Shown: positions 31,130 through 39,829, numbered from the stretch's first letter. The stretch is DNA of 64,000 bases from a virus (IMGVR_UViG_3300031993_000033:40705-104704), one strand, 5' to 3'. Made by a program: numbers and translations. Notes: generated by a model from the letters alone, not told the origin.

Positions 31130-32095
31130 TTGAAGTTGACAATGATTGAATTATTTTCTGGCATAGGTGCTCAGATCAGAGGATTTAAAAACTCTGGTTT
31201 ATTTGACACTGAGGTAATAGCAACATCAGAGATTGACAAAGATGCAATCGTGAGCTACGCTGCCGTTCACTGTGGACTTACACCAGAACTTATTGAGAAC
31301 TATGATTATCCGCCCGTAGATGAAATGGTGGAGTACCTTGAAAGTCGTAACATTGGCTATGTCTTTGAGAAGAACAAGGCTTATGACTGGCAGAAGAAAC
31401 GCAACAGTGCAGACTTAAAGAAGTATTATCTGGCATCAGTTCTTTCTAAGAATATGGGAGACATATCAAAGATAGAAGAATTGCCTTATGCAGACTTTGT
31501 AACATACTCGTTCCCATGCACCGACATCAGCATCGCTGGTCAGATTCAGGGCATTGAACGTGGTAAGACACGAAGCGGTTTGCTTTATGAAGTAGAACGC
31601 TTACTCGCAAAGGCTAAAGAGACAGACACTCTGCCGAAGTTCTTACTTCTTGAAAATGTAAAGAATCTTGTATCACAGAGATTTAAGCCACAGTTTAATG
31701 AGTGGTGCGATTATCTCAGTGAGATTGGTTATAACACTTATTGGCAGATAGTCAATGCAAAGGATTGTGGCATACCTCAGAACCGGGAACGCGTATTTGC
31801 TGTAAGTATACGCAAGGATGTAGACACTGGTAAGTTTGAGTTTCCACAGGCATTTGATACGGGCATACGTTTATTCCATGTTCTTGACTTTGATGTGAAT
31901 GAGAAGTATATTCTCACATCTGATGCTGCTGGTAAGGCACTTGATGAGATGGCTAATAACGGCACACTCTCAGAGGAAGAAGAACTATGGAATGAGCTGT
32001 ATGAGACACGCAATGACTTCCCTAATTACGGCATTATTTGCAATCAGCCTATCTATACATCTAACGATGTCACTATAGGGGGGCAGTTCCGATGA
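31130..32095 (+). CDS. C5 methyltransferase large subunit (motifs I-VIII)
   Basis: LFSGIG, SFPCTD, ENV, PQNRER; lacks motifs IX-X; ends just after a G6 tract. Confidence 0.9.
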   Translation: MKLTMIELFSGIGAQIRGFKNSGLFDTEVIATSEIDKDAIVSYAAVHCGLTPELIENYDYPPVDEMVEYLESRNIGYVFEKNKAYDWQKKRNSADLKKYYLASVLSKNMGDISKIEELPYADFVTYSFPCTDISIAGQIQGIERGKTRSGLLYEVERLLAKAKETDTLPKFLLLENVKNLVSQRFKPQFNEWCDYLSEIGYNTYWQIVNAKDCGIPQNRERVFAVSIRKDVDTGKFEFPQAFDTGIRLFHVLDFDVNEKYILTSDAAGKALDEMANNGTLSEEEELWNELYETRNDFPNYGIICNQPIYTSNDVTIGGQFR

Positions 32096-32191
32096 ATGAC
32101 CAGAACGGATATTGTCGCACACTTAAACAGCAGTATGCTAAAACAGCTATTCAGAATTTAAAGGCACATTTGGTGCAACAGGAGTAGTTCA

Positions 32192-32335
32192 ATGGAAATA
32201 AAATATGTGGGACGAGTCCTTCCCTCTACTGGTAAGCAACATCAAAATCAAGAAGTAGCCAGTGGGGGGGGTGCAATGTGGTCACTCAAATCAACAGACT
32301 ACAAAGGAGTTCCGAAAGTGTTGGTGAAAAAATGA
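32192..32335 (+). CDS. TRD mini-gene 1 (G8, in frame)
   Basis: MEIKYVGRVLPSTGKQHQNQEVASGGGAMWSLKSTDYKGVPKVLVKK. Confidence 0.65.
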   Translation: MEIKYVGRVLPSTGKQHQNQEVASGGGAMWSLKSTDYKGVPKVLVKK

Positions 32336-32521
32336 ACGTAAAACTGCTAATGACAATGCCTAATATGTATGAACATAATGGGCGGTTGTATTCCGTAGGG
32401 GGGTATGTGTACTCTATCCACGAGAGAACACAAAGATCCCTGTAAGATACTAATAAGAAAGGTAAGTAAAGATGAAAAATCAGATAAGAGTGGCGGTGGC
32501 ATTGCCAACCAATTACAGTGA
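32332..32521 (+). pseudogene. TRD mini-gene 2 (G6, out of frame)
   Basis: MNVKLL...RLYSVGG; G5 or G8 restores MCTLSTREHKDPCKILI. Confidence 0.6.
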
Positions 32522-32637
32522 GCAAGGCATTGTCGTAAGCGGGGGGGGGTATTTCTAAGACAATACTTTCCAGAGATTACAAAGATGCCAAGAAGATATT
32601 GATAAAGAGGGTTAAGAAATGCCAGACAAATACATAA
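32472..32637 (+). pseudogene. TRD mini-gene 3 (G9, out of frame)
   Basis: MKNQIRVAV...VSGGG; G8 restores ISKTILSRDYKDAKKILI. Confidence 0.65.
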
Positions 32638-32792
32638 CCATAGGGGGGGTGGACATGACTGTGAATAAACCTTGCCCTATGCAGTATGCAAGTTGTATTT
32701 TAACAAGATATGACAACGGAGTTAGCAATCAACAGAAAGCAAGAACTGGGGTGCTTCTAAAGAAAGTCAGAAAGGAAGATAAAAATGAGTGA
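32619..32792 (+). CDS. TRD mini-gene 4 (G7, in frame)
   Basis: MPDKYITIGGVDM...ASCILTRYDNGVSNQQKARTGVLL. Confidence 0.6.
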   Translation: MPDKYITIGGVDMTVNKPCPMQYASCILTRYDNGVSNQQKARTGVLLKKVRKEDKNE

Positions 32793-33277
32793 TGTGCACG
32801 ATCTCTTATCTCCCGATGAAAGTAAAGATTACATAAGGGTAAAACAAGCTACGAAGCAAGGATATATCCTTTGTGAGAATGGTGGAGTGGCTGACCTATC
32901 CTATCCAAATTCAAAGCTGCGTCGTGGCAGAGTTCAGAGGGGGGGGGCAAACCTGCCCTACTCTCACCGCAGGTAATTGCAATATATACAGAATTGAAAG
33001 GAATGATAGTATGAACGTTGAAGATTGGGCTATCCGCAAATTAACTCCTACCGAATGTTGGAGACTGATGGGTTTTACTAATGAAGATGTAGAAAAGTGC
33101 AAGGCGGTAGGTATGAGTGATACTCAGCTCTACCGACAGGCTGGCAACAGCATCGTAACAAACTGCATTGAACTGTTAGCAGAACACCTTTATAAAGCAC
33201 AGTATGATAATGACTATGAGTGTTATGACGAGAAGTTCTCCAATGTAGACAGACAGCTTGAATTTTCTTTTCAGTAA
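32785..33277 (+). CDS. TRD 5 plus C5 MTase small subunit (motifs IX-X), split by a G9 frameshift; small subunit has its own RBS and ATG at 33011
   Basis: KQATKQGY...SKLRRGRVQRGG then QTCPTLTAG; IRKLTPTECWRLMGF, QAGNSIV. Confidence 0.8.
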
Positions 33278-33291
33278 CCCCTTTCACTTCC

Positions 33292-33450
33292 TTGCCAAAA
33301 CTGGTGGGGGGGGTAGGAGAGAAGAATTATGGCACTCAATACCATCAGCAGCATAGAATATATAGTGGCTGTTGTGTAGGTATGTGTCATTGTTCAAATA
33401 TCAGTGGAGGTAGTTATCACTACGCCTTTAAGGAGATAAAAAGTGAATGA
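33292..33450 (+). CDS. TRD mini-gene 6 (G8, in frame; start uncertain)
   Basis: PKLVGGVGEKNYGTQYHQQHRIYS...GGSYHYAF; TTG start with no clear RBS. Confidence 0.5.
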   Translation: MPKLVGGVGEKNYGTQYHQQHRIYSGCCVGMCHCSNISGGSYHYAFKEIKSE

Positions 33451-33634
33451 ATTAAAACAAATAGCCGAACTCAAAATTCCACAGTGGACGGAGTGTCGGC
33501 GCAGAATATACACTACGGGGGGGGTATCTCCCACATTGAATGGCATAGGCAGAGGTGGCAACACTGAGCCTAAAATGCTTATAAGGAGCAAACATGAAGA
33601 ACGAGATAAAAGTGATAGTAAATCTGCCGATTAA
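33443..33634 (+). CDS. TRD mini-gene 7 (G8, in frame)
   Basis: AAGGAG RBS; RRIYTTGGVSPTLNGIGRGGNTEPK. Confidence 0.7.
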   Translation: MNELKQIAELKIPQWTECRRRIYTTGGVSPTLNGIGRGGNTEPKMLIRSKHEERDKSDSKSAD

Positions 33635-33752
33635 AGGCATGGATGTTATCAAGCGTTGTTACAGTGGGGGGGGTATTTCTCCTTCACTCACTACAATGCA
33701 AGGTGGGCAGCGAGAACCCAAAATTTTACAACGTAGAATAGCCAAAAAGTAG
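33594..33752 (+). CDS. TRD mini-gene 8 (G8, in frame)
   Basis: AAGGAG RBS; KRCYSGGGISPSLTTMQGGQREPKIL. Confidence 0.7.
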   Translation: MKNEIKVIVNLPIKGMDVIKRCYSGGGISPSLTTMQGGQREPKILQRRIAKK

Positions 33753-33788
33753 CCCTAAAAAAGCAATAAAAGATTCGTTTTAAGTGAG

Positions 33789-34697
33789 GTGAGTAATGTG
33801 ATTTTCTTTCGAGAACGAGAAGATTACAACAAGGTTATCTCTGTTAAATTGGTGATTCCTTGTGGCTGTAATGCGAAGTGCCCGTTCTGCTACAACAAAG
33901 ATAAGCCTGTAGTACAATATGATATAAAAGGTTTTTTAGATAACTTTATCCCGTCTTTAGAACATCTCTTAAATGAAATAGGAGACAAGAATCCAGTATC
34001 TCTTGATATTACAGGTGGTGAGCCTACACTTGATGTCGATTTGTTATCACTTGTATTGATTAAGCTAAGAGAGTTCCACATAAAGGATAAAGTGTTGAGA
34101 GTTACTATGACAACTAATGGCACTAACCTTTATCAGATACCGATTGAGTTAATGAGAGATGTTGTGGATTATGTAAACATCTCAGTTCACGATTATAGAC
34201 AAGCAGAGCGAGAGAACATAATGCAAATTCATACGCCAGCTTTAGCCTATAAAAGAATTATCTCTCGATTAAACTCTGTTGGTATTACTGTATCGGCGGT
34301 AGCTGTTATTTTTCGTCCGATTGAAAACTTTAATCGGTGGCGAGATAATTTTATCAATTGGGCGCAGCAACAAGGTTTTATTTCAGTAAGGTTTAGATGC
34401 GATGTATTTTGGCGTTATAAAGGTTATTTCACCAACTATATGTTTGATAGCAAAAAGGAAGATCAATTTGATATTATCAATTACGAGCATACATCTGATT
34501 CATGGTGGTGCAGATTAAGACGTAAAGACAGAATGAGAGTGTTCTTTCTGCAAGGAGTAGCAGATACCACGAAGTATACCAAAGGCATTGAATATGTCAT
34601 TCACGATGACGGCAAATGTTATTGTGATTTTTACAAGAGAACGCCTATTGACAAATATGAATATGAGATAGGTAAAATTTATGATGCGATTAATTGA
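33789..34697 (+). CDS. radical SAM protein
   Basis: CNAKCPFC, ITGGEP, TTNG. Confidence 0.85.
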   Translation: MSNVIFFREREDYNKVISVKLVIPCGCNAKCPFCYNKDKPVVQYDIKGFLDNFIPSLEHLLNEIGDKNPVSLDITGGEPTLDVDLLSLVLIKLREFHIKDKVLRVTMTTNGTNLYQIPIELMRDVVDYVNISVHDYRQAERENIMQIHTPALAYKRIISRLNSVGITVSAVAVIFRPIENFNRWRDNFINWAQQQGFISVRFRCDVFWRYKGYFTNYMFDSKKEDQFDIINYEHTSDSWWCRLRRKDRMRVFFLQGVADTTKYTKGIEYVIHDDGKCYCDFYKRTPIDKYEYEIGKIYDAIN

Positions 34698-34725
34698 TTA
34701 AACCTGTGTTTTATGAGGTGAAATA

Positions 34726-35100
34726 ATGAAAGATTTTTATGAAAGAGAAATCCAAGTGGGAGATATATGTGCTTTTTGGGACGGCGATCATCTTGATAGT
34801 AGACGAATTTGGGGATATGAAGGCGACTCTGTTGAGATTTCAGACTATCACAAGACTTTAATTAAGAAAGCTAAAGAAGTTATAGACATTACTGCTATCG
34901 AGAGACAGATACACTCAGAGACTTTTATCAATTCTGTAAAGACTCTTGATGTAAAACCTGATAGTACAGTGGTGGCGTCAATTATACCTAATCAAATATC
35001 TTACACGGAAGCAACCAAAATGTTTGATGGTTTAAAGGCAATGTTTCCAAACAATGAGGTATCAATGGTTATGGGAGTTGATGTTACGGTTGAAAATTAA
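34726..35100 (+). CDS. hypothetical protein (YopX-like N-terminal motif)
   Basis: KDFYEREIQVGD; flanked by boundary sites. Confidence 0.5.
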   Translation: MKDFYEREIQVGDICAFWDGDHLDSRRIWGYEGDSVEISDYHKTLIKKAKEVIDITAIERQIHSETFINSVKTLDVKPDSTVVASIIPNQISYTEATKMFDGLKAMFPNNEVSMVMGVDVTVEN

Positions 35101-35128
35101 ATTCTGCTTTTATGTGAAAGGAGACTGA

Positions 35129-35875
35129 ATGAGCAATATAGAATTATGGCAAGGCGACTGCCTTGAATTAATGGGCGGTATTCCAGATAAGAGTGTAGAC
35201 TTGATTCTTTGCGATCTTCCTTATGGTACTACTAAGAATAAATGGGATAGCACCATTAATCTTGAATCTCTATGGGGGGCGTACAAACGCATCATAAAAG
35301 ACAATGGTTGTATAGCACTCTTTGCTCAAACGCCATTTGATAAGGTATTAGGGGCAAGCAATCTTGATATGCTGAAGTATGAATGGATATGGGAGAAACC
35401 TATGGCTACTGGCAGATTGAATTGCAACTTTGCTCCTATGAAAGCACACGAGAATATATTAATCTTTTCCAAGAGTGCAGCTTGCTATGTCAAAGACAAA
35501 TCTCACGCAATGAAGTATTATCCTCAGATGACAGAGGGCAAACCTTATACGGCAATATCAGGTAGAGCCAGCACCAATTATGACACGAAATGGTCAAAGG
35601 AACAGTTGACAGTCAATCATGGCACACGTTATCCGAGAGATGTACAGAAGTTCACCCATGATAAAGATAAGTTCCACCCCACACAAAAGCCTGTTGCTCT
35701 GCTTGAATATCTCATTAAGACCTATACAGACGAAGGAGACTTAGTGCTTGACAATTGCATGGGTAGCGGTTCAACAGGCGTGGCAGCAAAGAACACCAAC
35801 AGAGATTTTATAGGCATAGAGCTTGATGAGAACTACTTTGAGATAGCTAAAAAGAGGATTGATGGTGAAAATTAA
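35129..35875 (+). CDS. N6/N4 DNA methyltransferase (paralog of 29355)
   Basis: DLPY, HPTQKPVALLEYLIKTYT, DNCMGSGSTG; G6 tract at 35274-35279. Confidence 0.9.
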   Translation: MSNIELWQGDCLELMGGIPDKSVDLILCDLPYGTTKNKWDSTINLESLWGAYKRIIKDNGCIALFAQTPFDKVLGASNLDMLKYEWIWEKPMATGRLNCNFAPMKAHENILIFSKSAACYVKDKSHAMKYYPQMTEGKPYTAISGRASTNYDTKWSKEQLTVNHGTRYPRDVQKFTHDKDKFHPTQKPVALLEYLIKTYTDEGDLVLDNCMGSGSTGVAAKNTNRDFIGIELDENYFEIAKKRIDGEN

Positions 35876-35930
35876 CAGCCCGTTTTTGGCTATTTTACGT
35901 AGGGGTAAATAAAAGGAGATGGTGTAATAT

Positions 35931-37136
35931 ATGATTGCGAACAGAGTAGAACAACAGATTATCCGCAGGACGCATTCGTTGTGGGGTGTCATTGACGAAA
36001 TGTGCTTTAATGCGAAGAATCTTTATAATTATGCTAATTATATTATTAGGCAGGAATATATTAATAACAAACGATATGTCTCATACAAAGAAATGAACAT
36101 CAATCTCAAAACACATCAGCAATATAAAGATTGTATGAGCCAACCTGCGAATTGTGTTCTGCGTTTGCTTGATAAGAATTGGAAGTCATTTTTTAAAGGT
36201 TTGAAAGAGTATGAAAAGAACCCAAAGAAATTTCTCGGCAGACCTCAAATGCCAAAATATCTCAAGAAAGATGGTAGATTCAATTGGATGATACCAAACA
36301 ACGCTTGCTATTTTGAGAATGGGGAACTGAAATTTAGAGTGCTCAAATTGCAATCCGTTAGGTGGAAATGCAGATGTGTCGGCAGGTTAATTCAAGTGAG
36401 ATTTGTCCCAAAGGGTTGTGTATACGTCATGGAGATAGTATCTCAGATTGAAGTTCCTGATGCTATGTCCGATAACAAGCGTATTGTAGGAATTGATTTA
36501 GGTGTTAATAATCTTGCTACAACTTCAAATAATATTGGTGAGCAGCCATTTATTATTAACGGTAGAGGATTAAAGAGCATAAACCAATTCTATAATAAAC
36601 GCAGATCTGAACTACAATCTAAATTACCCAAAGGTCAGTTTTGGAGTAAACAACTTGAACAAATAACTTTCAAGCGGTTCAACAGAGTCAAGAATTATAT
36701 GCACCACGCAAGCCATTACATAGTCAAATGGTGTGTACAACATCAGATAGATACTTTAGTTGTAGGACATAACGACGAGTGGAAACAGAACCTTAGAATG
36801 GATAAAGTAAATTCGCAGAACTTTGTTTTTATTCCTTATAAAATGTTGATACAACAGCTTAAATATAAATGTGAAGATGTAGGCATTGAGTTTGTTGAAA
36901 CTGAAGAAAGTTATACAAGTGGAACAAGTTTTTTAGATGGAGAACTACCGTGTAAAGAAAATTACAATAAAAGACGGAGAGTTAAAAGAGGGTTGTTTCA
37001 AGCAAATAATACTCTAATCAATTCAGACGTAAACGGCAGTTTGCAGATAATTAGAAAGGTATTTCCAGATGCTTTTAGCTATGGGATAGAGGTGTGTCTA
37101 ACACCTACTATAATTAATGTAGTGAATGGGTGCTAA
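35931..37136 (+). mobile_element. tnpB: solo TnpB-family RNA-guided nuclease (IS1341-like, no TnpA)
   Basis: KNLYNYANY, GIDLGVNN, EESYTS, NSDVNG. Confidence 0.85.
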
Positions 37137-37170
37137 CCCAATAGAAGAAACATTTAATGCGAGGTGACTT

Positions 37171-37353
37171 ATGACCGACGAAACCAAGAAAGCCTTTAAT
37201 AACGCCATCGCAAGTGCAAAAATGGAAGGCTTTAATTTTACAGATGAGCAACTTAACGAATTAGCATACTTCATTGAACGAGTATATGATGATAAAATGA
37301 CTTGGCAAGAAGCCGTAGATTCGCTTGTTAAAAAGTTTAGGAGGAATAATTAA
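37171..37353 (+). CDS. VbhA-like antitoxin
   Basis: NAIASAKMEG fits the (S/T)xxxE(G/N) Fic-inhibitory motif; 60 aa. Confidence 0.6.
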   Translation: MTDETKKAFNNAIASAKMEGFNFTDEQLNELAYFIERVYDDKMTWQEAVDSLVKKFRRNN

Positions 37354-37582
37354 TGCTTGCAAGAAAAGAAAAGCCCATAACCGAAGCTCAGTACAAACGA
37401 GCAATAGCCCGTGGTGGTTATCTCGACCCTGCGGATATGGATGAAATTTTTACTGACGTAGAGCAGTATGACTATGGGATATATGACGTAATGGTATATC
37501 CTAAACACAATAACGAAACAAAGGAAGTCGCTTATATTGTGCAATATGTAACTTCCACAAACTGCGATTAAGGAGATAACTA

Positions 37583-38014
37583 ATGAGGATAATTGAGAAC
37601 AACTATCAGGATAAGGAACAGGAATATGAGATTACTTGCCCACATTGTGAGTCAAAACTTGCCTACAAGTTTGATGATATTGTAAGTGATAGATTTGAGG
37701 GAGAATATCTGCATTGCGGTGCTTGCGATAAAGAGATTTATCTCGATGATGAAAACCCAACAGCCGATACCATACAATACCCAAAAGACTTCTTCTTGTA
37801 TGCGGACGGTGTGCCAATAAAGGATGCCGAGATTAACAAATGGGTGAAAGAGTGCATAAATAATCTCGATAAAGAGACTGATTTCTCTTACAGGGCAAGT
37901 GGTAATACCATAGTTTTCGCCTATAAATCCGACGAGAACTTGCCCGCCGCTACAGTCATAGTGGCAAAGAATTACCAAGAAACAGACGTGAAAATTTCTC
38001 AAAAAAAATTTTGA
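37583..38014 (+). CDS. Zn-ribbon protein
   Basis: CPHC...CGAC. Confidence 0.6.
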   Translation: MRIIENNYQDKEQEYEITCPHCESKLAYKFDDIVSDRFEGEYLHCGACDKEIYLDDENPTADTIQYPKDFFLYADGVPIKDAEINKWVKECINNLDKETDFSYRASGNTIVFAYKSDENLPAATVIVAKNYQETDVKISQKKF

Positions 38015-38021
38015 AAAACAC

Positions 38022-38050
38022 TTGACAAATGCAAGTCGGTGCGGTATAAT
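38022..38050 (+). promoter_or_regulatory. sigma-A promoter
   Basis: TTGACA-17 bp-TATAAT. Confidence 0.85.
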
Positions 38051-38119
38051 AGTATATAAAGGAGCGGTACGGCTTCTCGTAAACCCAGAGAAGTATATCC
38101 CTCGTATTTCTCGCAACAA

Positions 38120-38851
38120 ATGAAAGGAATGGTGATAGAAATGAAGTATCGAAAGACTTCACGCTACCGATGTCTCCTCTTAGGAGGAGTCAGAGCATTA
38201 GCTATCTCACTTCTATTGGCTATTGGAATAGGTTGCCGTGGCAGTAGAAGCACAGACACAGAAGTTATACAACCTATGACCACGGAGGTGACAAGTACAG
38301 AATGTACTACAACATCCTCTCAGACTACTACTGGTTTGAAATCAACAACGTCGTCTACGACCACAACAAGCACGATAATGACGGAATTGATGACGGTGGC
38401 AACGACAACGACCGAGAAGATTGTTTATCCGACTACTCCTGAGATTGAAACTCAGCCTTATGTGGTTGAGCCACAGACAGAAGCAGAGGTGCAGTCGGCA
38501 GGGGATTTGCCAATAAGCGATAGAGAGTATGAGCTTCTTTGTAAGATCGTTGCGTCTGAATATGGTGGTATGAGCGACGTTGGCGAACGAGCTAAAATCG
38601 TTGCATCGGTCATGAACCAATCATATCGCACAGGGCAGTCTATCGAAAACTGCTTGTATACATCCTGTGTTCCATGGGGTTTCTGCCCTGACAACACTTG
38701 GTATTGTAACGGTTCTGTTTATTATGGCGATATGGCAGATGCGGTTGATTATTACTTTGCAAATCAAAACACTATATTTGGTGATTGGCAAGCTGATTCG
38801 TGGTATGCTTCTGGGTATGGAACTAACGTGTTCCATAGGCAATTATGGTAA
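38120..38851 (+). CDS. membrane-anchored SleB/Hydrolase_2-like cell wall hydrolase
   Basis: hydrophobic anchor with GIGC, Thr-rich linker, ELLCKIVASEYG...VASVMN. Confidence 0.55.
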   Translation: MKGMVIEMKYRKTSRYRCLLLGGVRALAISLLLAIGIGCRGSRSTDTEVIQPMTTEVTSTECTTTSSQTTTGLKSTTSSTTTTSTIMTELMTVATTTTEKIVYPTTPEIETQPYVVEPQTEAEVQSAGDLPISDREYELLCKIVASEYGGMSDVGERAKIVASVMNQSYRTGQSIENCLYTSCVPWGFCPDNTWYCNGSVYYGDMADAVDYYFANQNTIFGDWQADSWYASGYGTNVFHRQLW

Positions 38852-39070
38852 AAAGGAGAAGATTAATGTGTATGACAACGACAGTTAGTTACACAGCTCG
38901 GTGCTATGCCGAGTTACACAAAAATATAAAAGAAATGAACCGGCGAAACTCGCAACAGCCAGTATGGGTCAGAACACTGACCGCCGAAGAATTACAGGCG
39001 ATTCGTGAGGATGATGAATACATAAAACATATTGGTCGAGCAATCGACGGCAAAGAATGGAGGCTTTTAA

Positions 39071-39298
39071 GTGACGAAAAGAATCCAGATTGACGACATC
39101 GGCAAGGTCAAAGAGTTTGTGACCTACGCCATGAAGTGTCGCGGAGACGTTACGGCAGTCAGCGGCAAGTACAGAGTTGACGGGCGTAGCATAATGGGTT
39201 TGCTTAGTCTGAATCTCAGTGAGCCTATAGTGATTGAATACGATGAAGAAGATAGCGAGTTGCTTAATGCGCTCGTGGGCAAGTTCTACGTGAGGTAA
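39071..39298 (+). CDS. HPr-like phosphocarrier protein
   Basis: VDGRSIMGLLSL Ser46 motif; no His15. Confidence 0.75.
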   Translation: MTKRIQIDDIGKVKEFVTYAMKCRGDVTAVSGKYRVDGRSIMGLLSLNLSEPIVIEYDEEDSELLNALVGKFYVR

Positions 39299-39301
39299 GA
39301 T

Positions 39302-39829
39302 ATGAAGATAACAGTTTTAAGACATCCCACAGAAGAAGATTGGGTAGAAGTAAAACAGAGGGCATTGGTTACTGTCGGGCTGAATGTTAAGAATCCGCCG
39401 ACAGAAGAATGGAAGAAGGCAATTTTGAAAGCAAGACATTCACCGATAAGATGTTTGCGGTTCTCCTTCTTGTTAGAGGATATACCCTATTGTGTGGTAG
39501 GTCACTTAGTACGCCACGTTCATTCTCAGCCCTATGTCAGATCGCAAAGAAATGACAGACAGAACGAGTATGATAGAAACAAAGCTCCGCAGGACGCACC
39601 AGTAACGATGATTTGGGACGTTAATGGAGAAGAATTAATGGTTATTGCCAACAAGAGACTGTGTAATCAAGCTGCGGAAGAAACGAGAGCGTGGGTGCGA
39701 GGAATATGCGATAAGGTGTTGGAGACAAATCCTGAGTTTGCAGAGTTTCTTGTCCCAATGTGTGTTTATACTGGCGAGTGCAAAGAGATGTACCCATGTG
39801 GAGAGAGGGGAGAAAATGATATTAGATAA
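39302..39829 (+). CDS. thyX: flavin-dependent thymidylate synthase
   Basis: RHSP, HLVRH...SQR, RLC..A..ETR. Confidence 0.8.
   Translation: MKITVLRHPTEEDWVEVKQRALVTVGLNVKNPPTEEWKKAILKARHSPIRCLRFSFLLEDIPYCVVGHLVRHVHSQPYVRSQRNDRQNEYDRNKAPQDAPVTMIWDVNGEELMVIANKRLCNQAAEETRAWVRGICDKVLETNPEFAEFLVPMCVYTGECKEMYPCGERGENDIR

Larger units (their letters stand above)
792..35113. repeat. dispersed palindromic gene-boundary sites WTDAAA-N6-TTTHAW (about 25 copies)
   Basis: starts at 792, 1561, 3115, 4609, 5851, 11435, 11635, 12753, 13376, 13442, 14889, 15153, 15377, 25441, 25700 (imperfect), 26820, 27983, 28470, 28705, 29321, 30123, 31071, 33766, 34697, 35096. Confidence 0.85.

Noticed and set aside
32873-33010. 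ORF-track start of the 134-aa MTase fragment
   Set aside because: No RBS at 32873; the frame is better explained by the G9 frameshift and the RBS-led ATG at 33011
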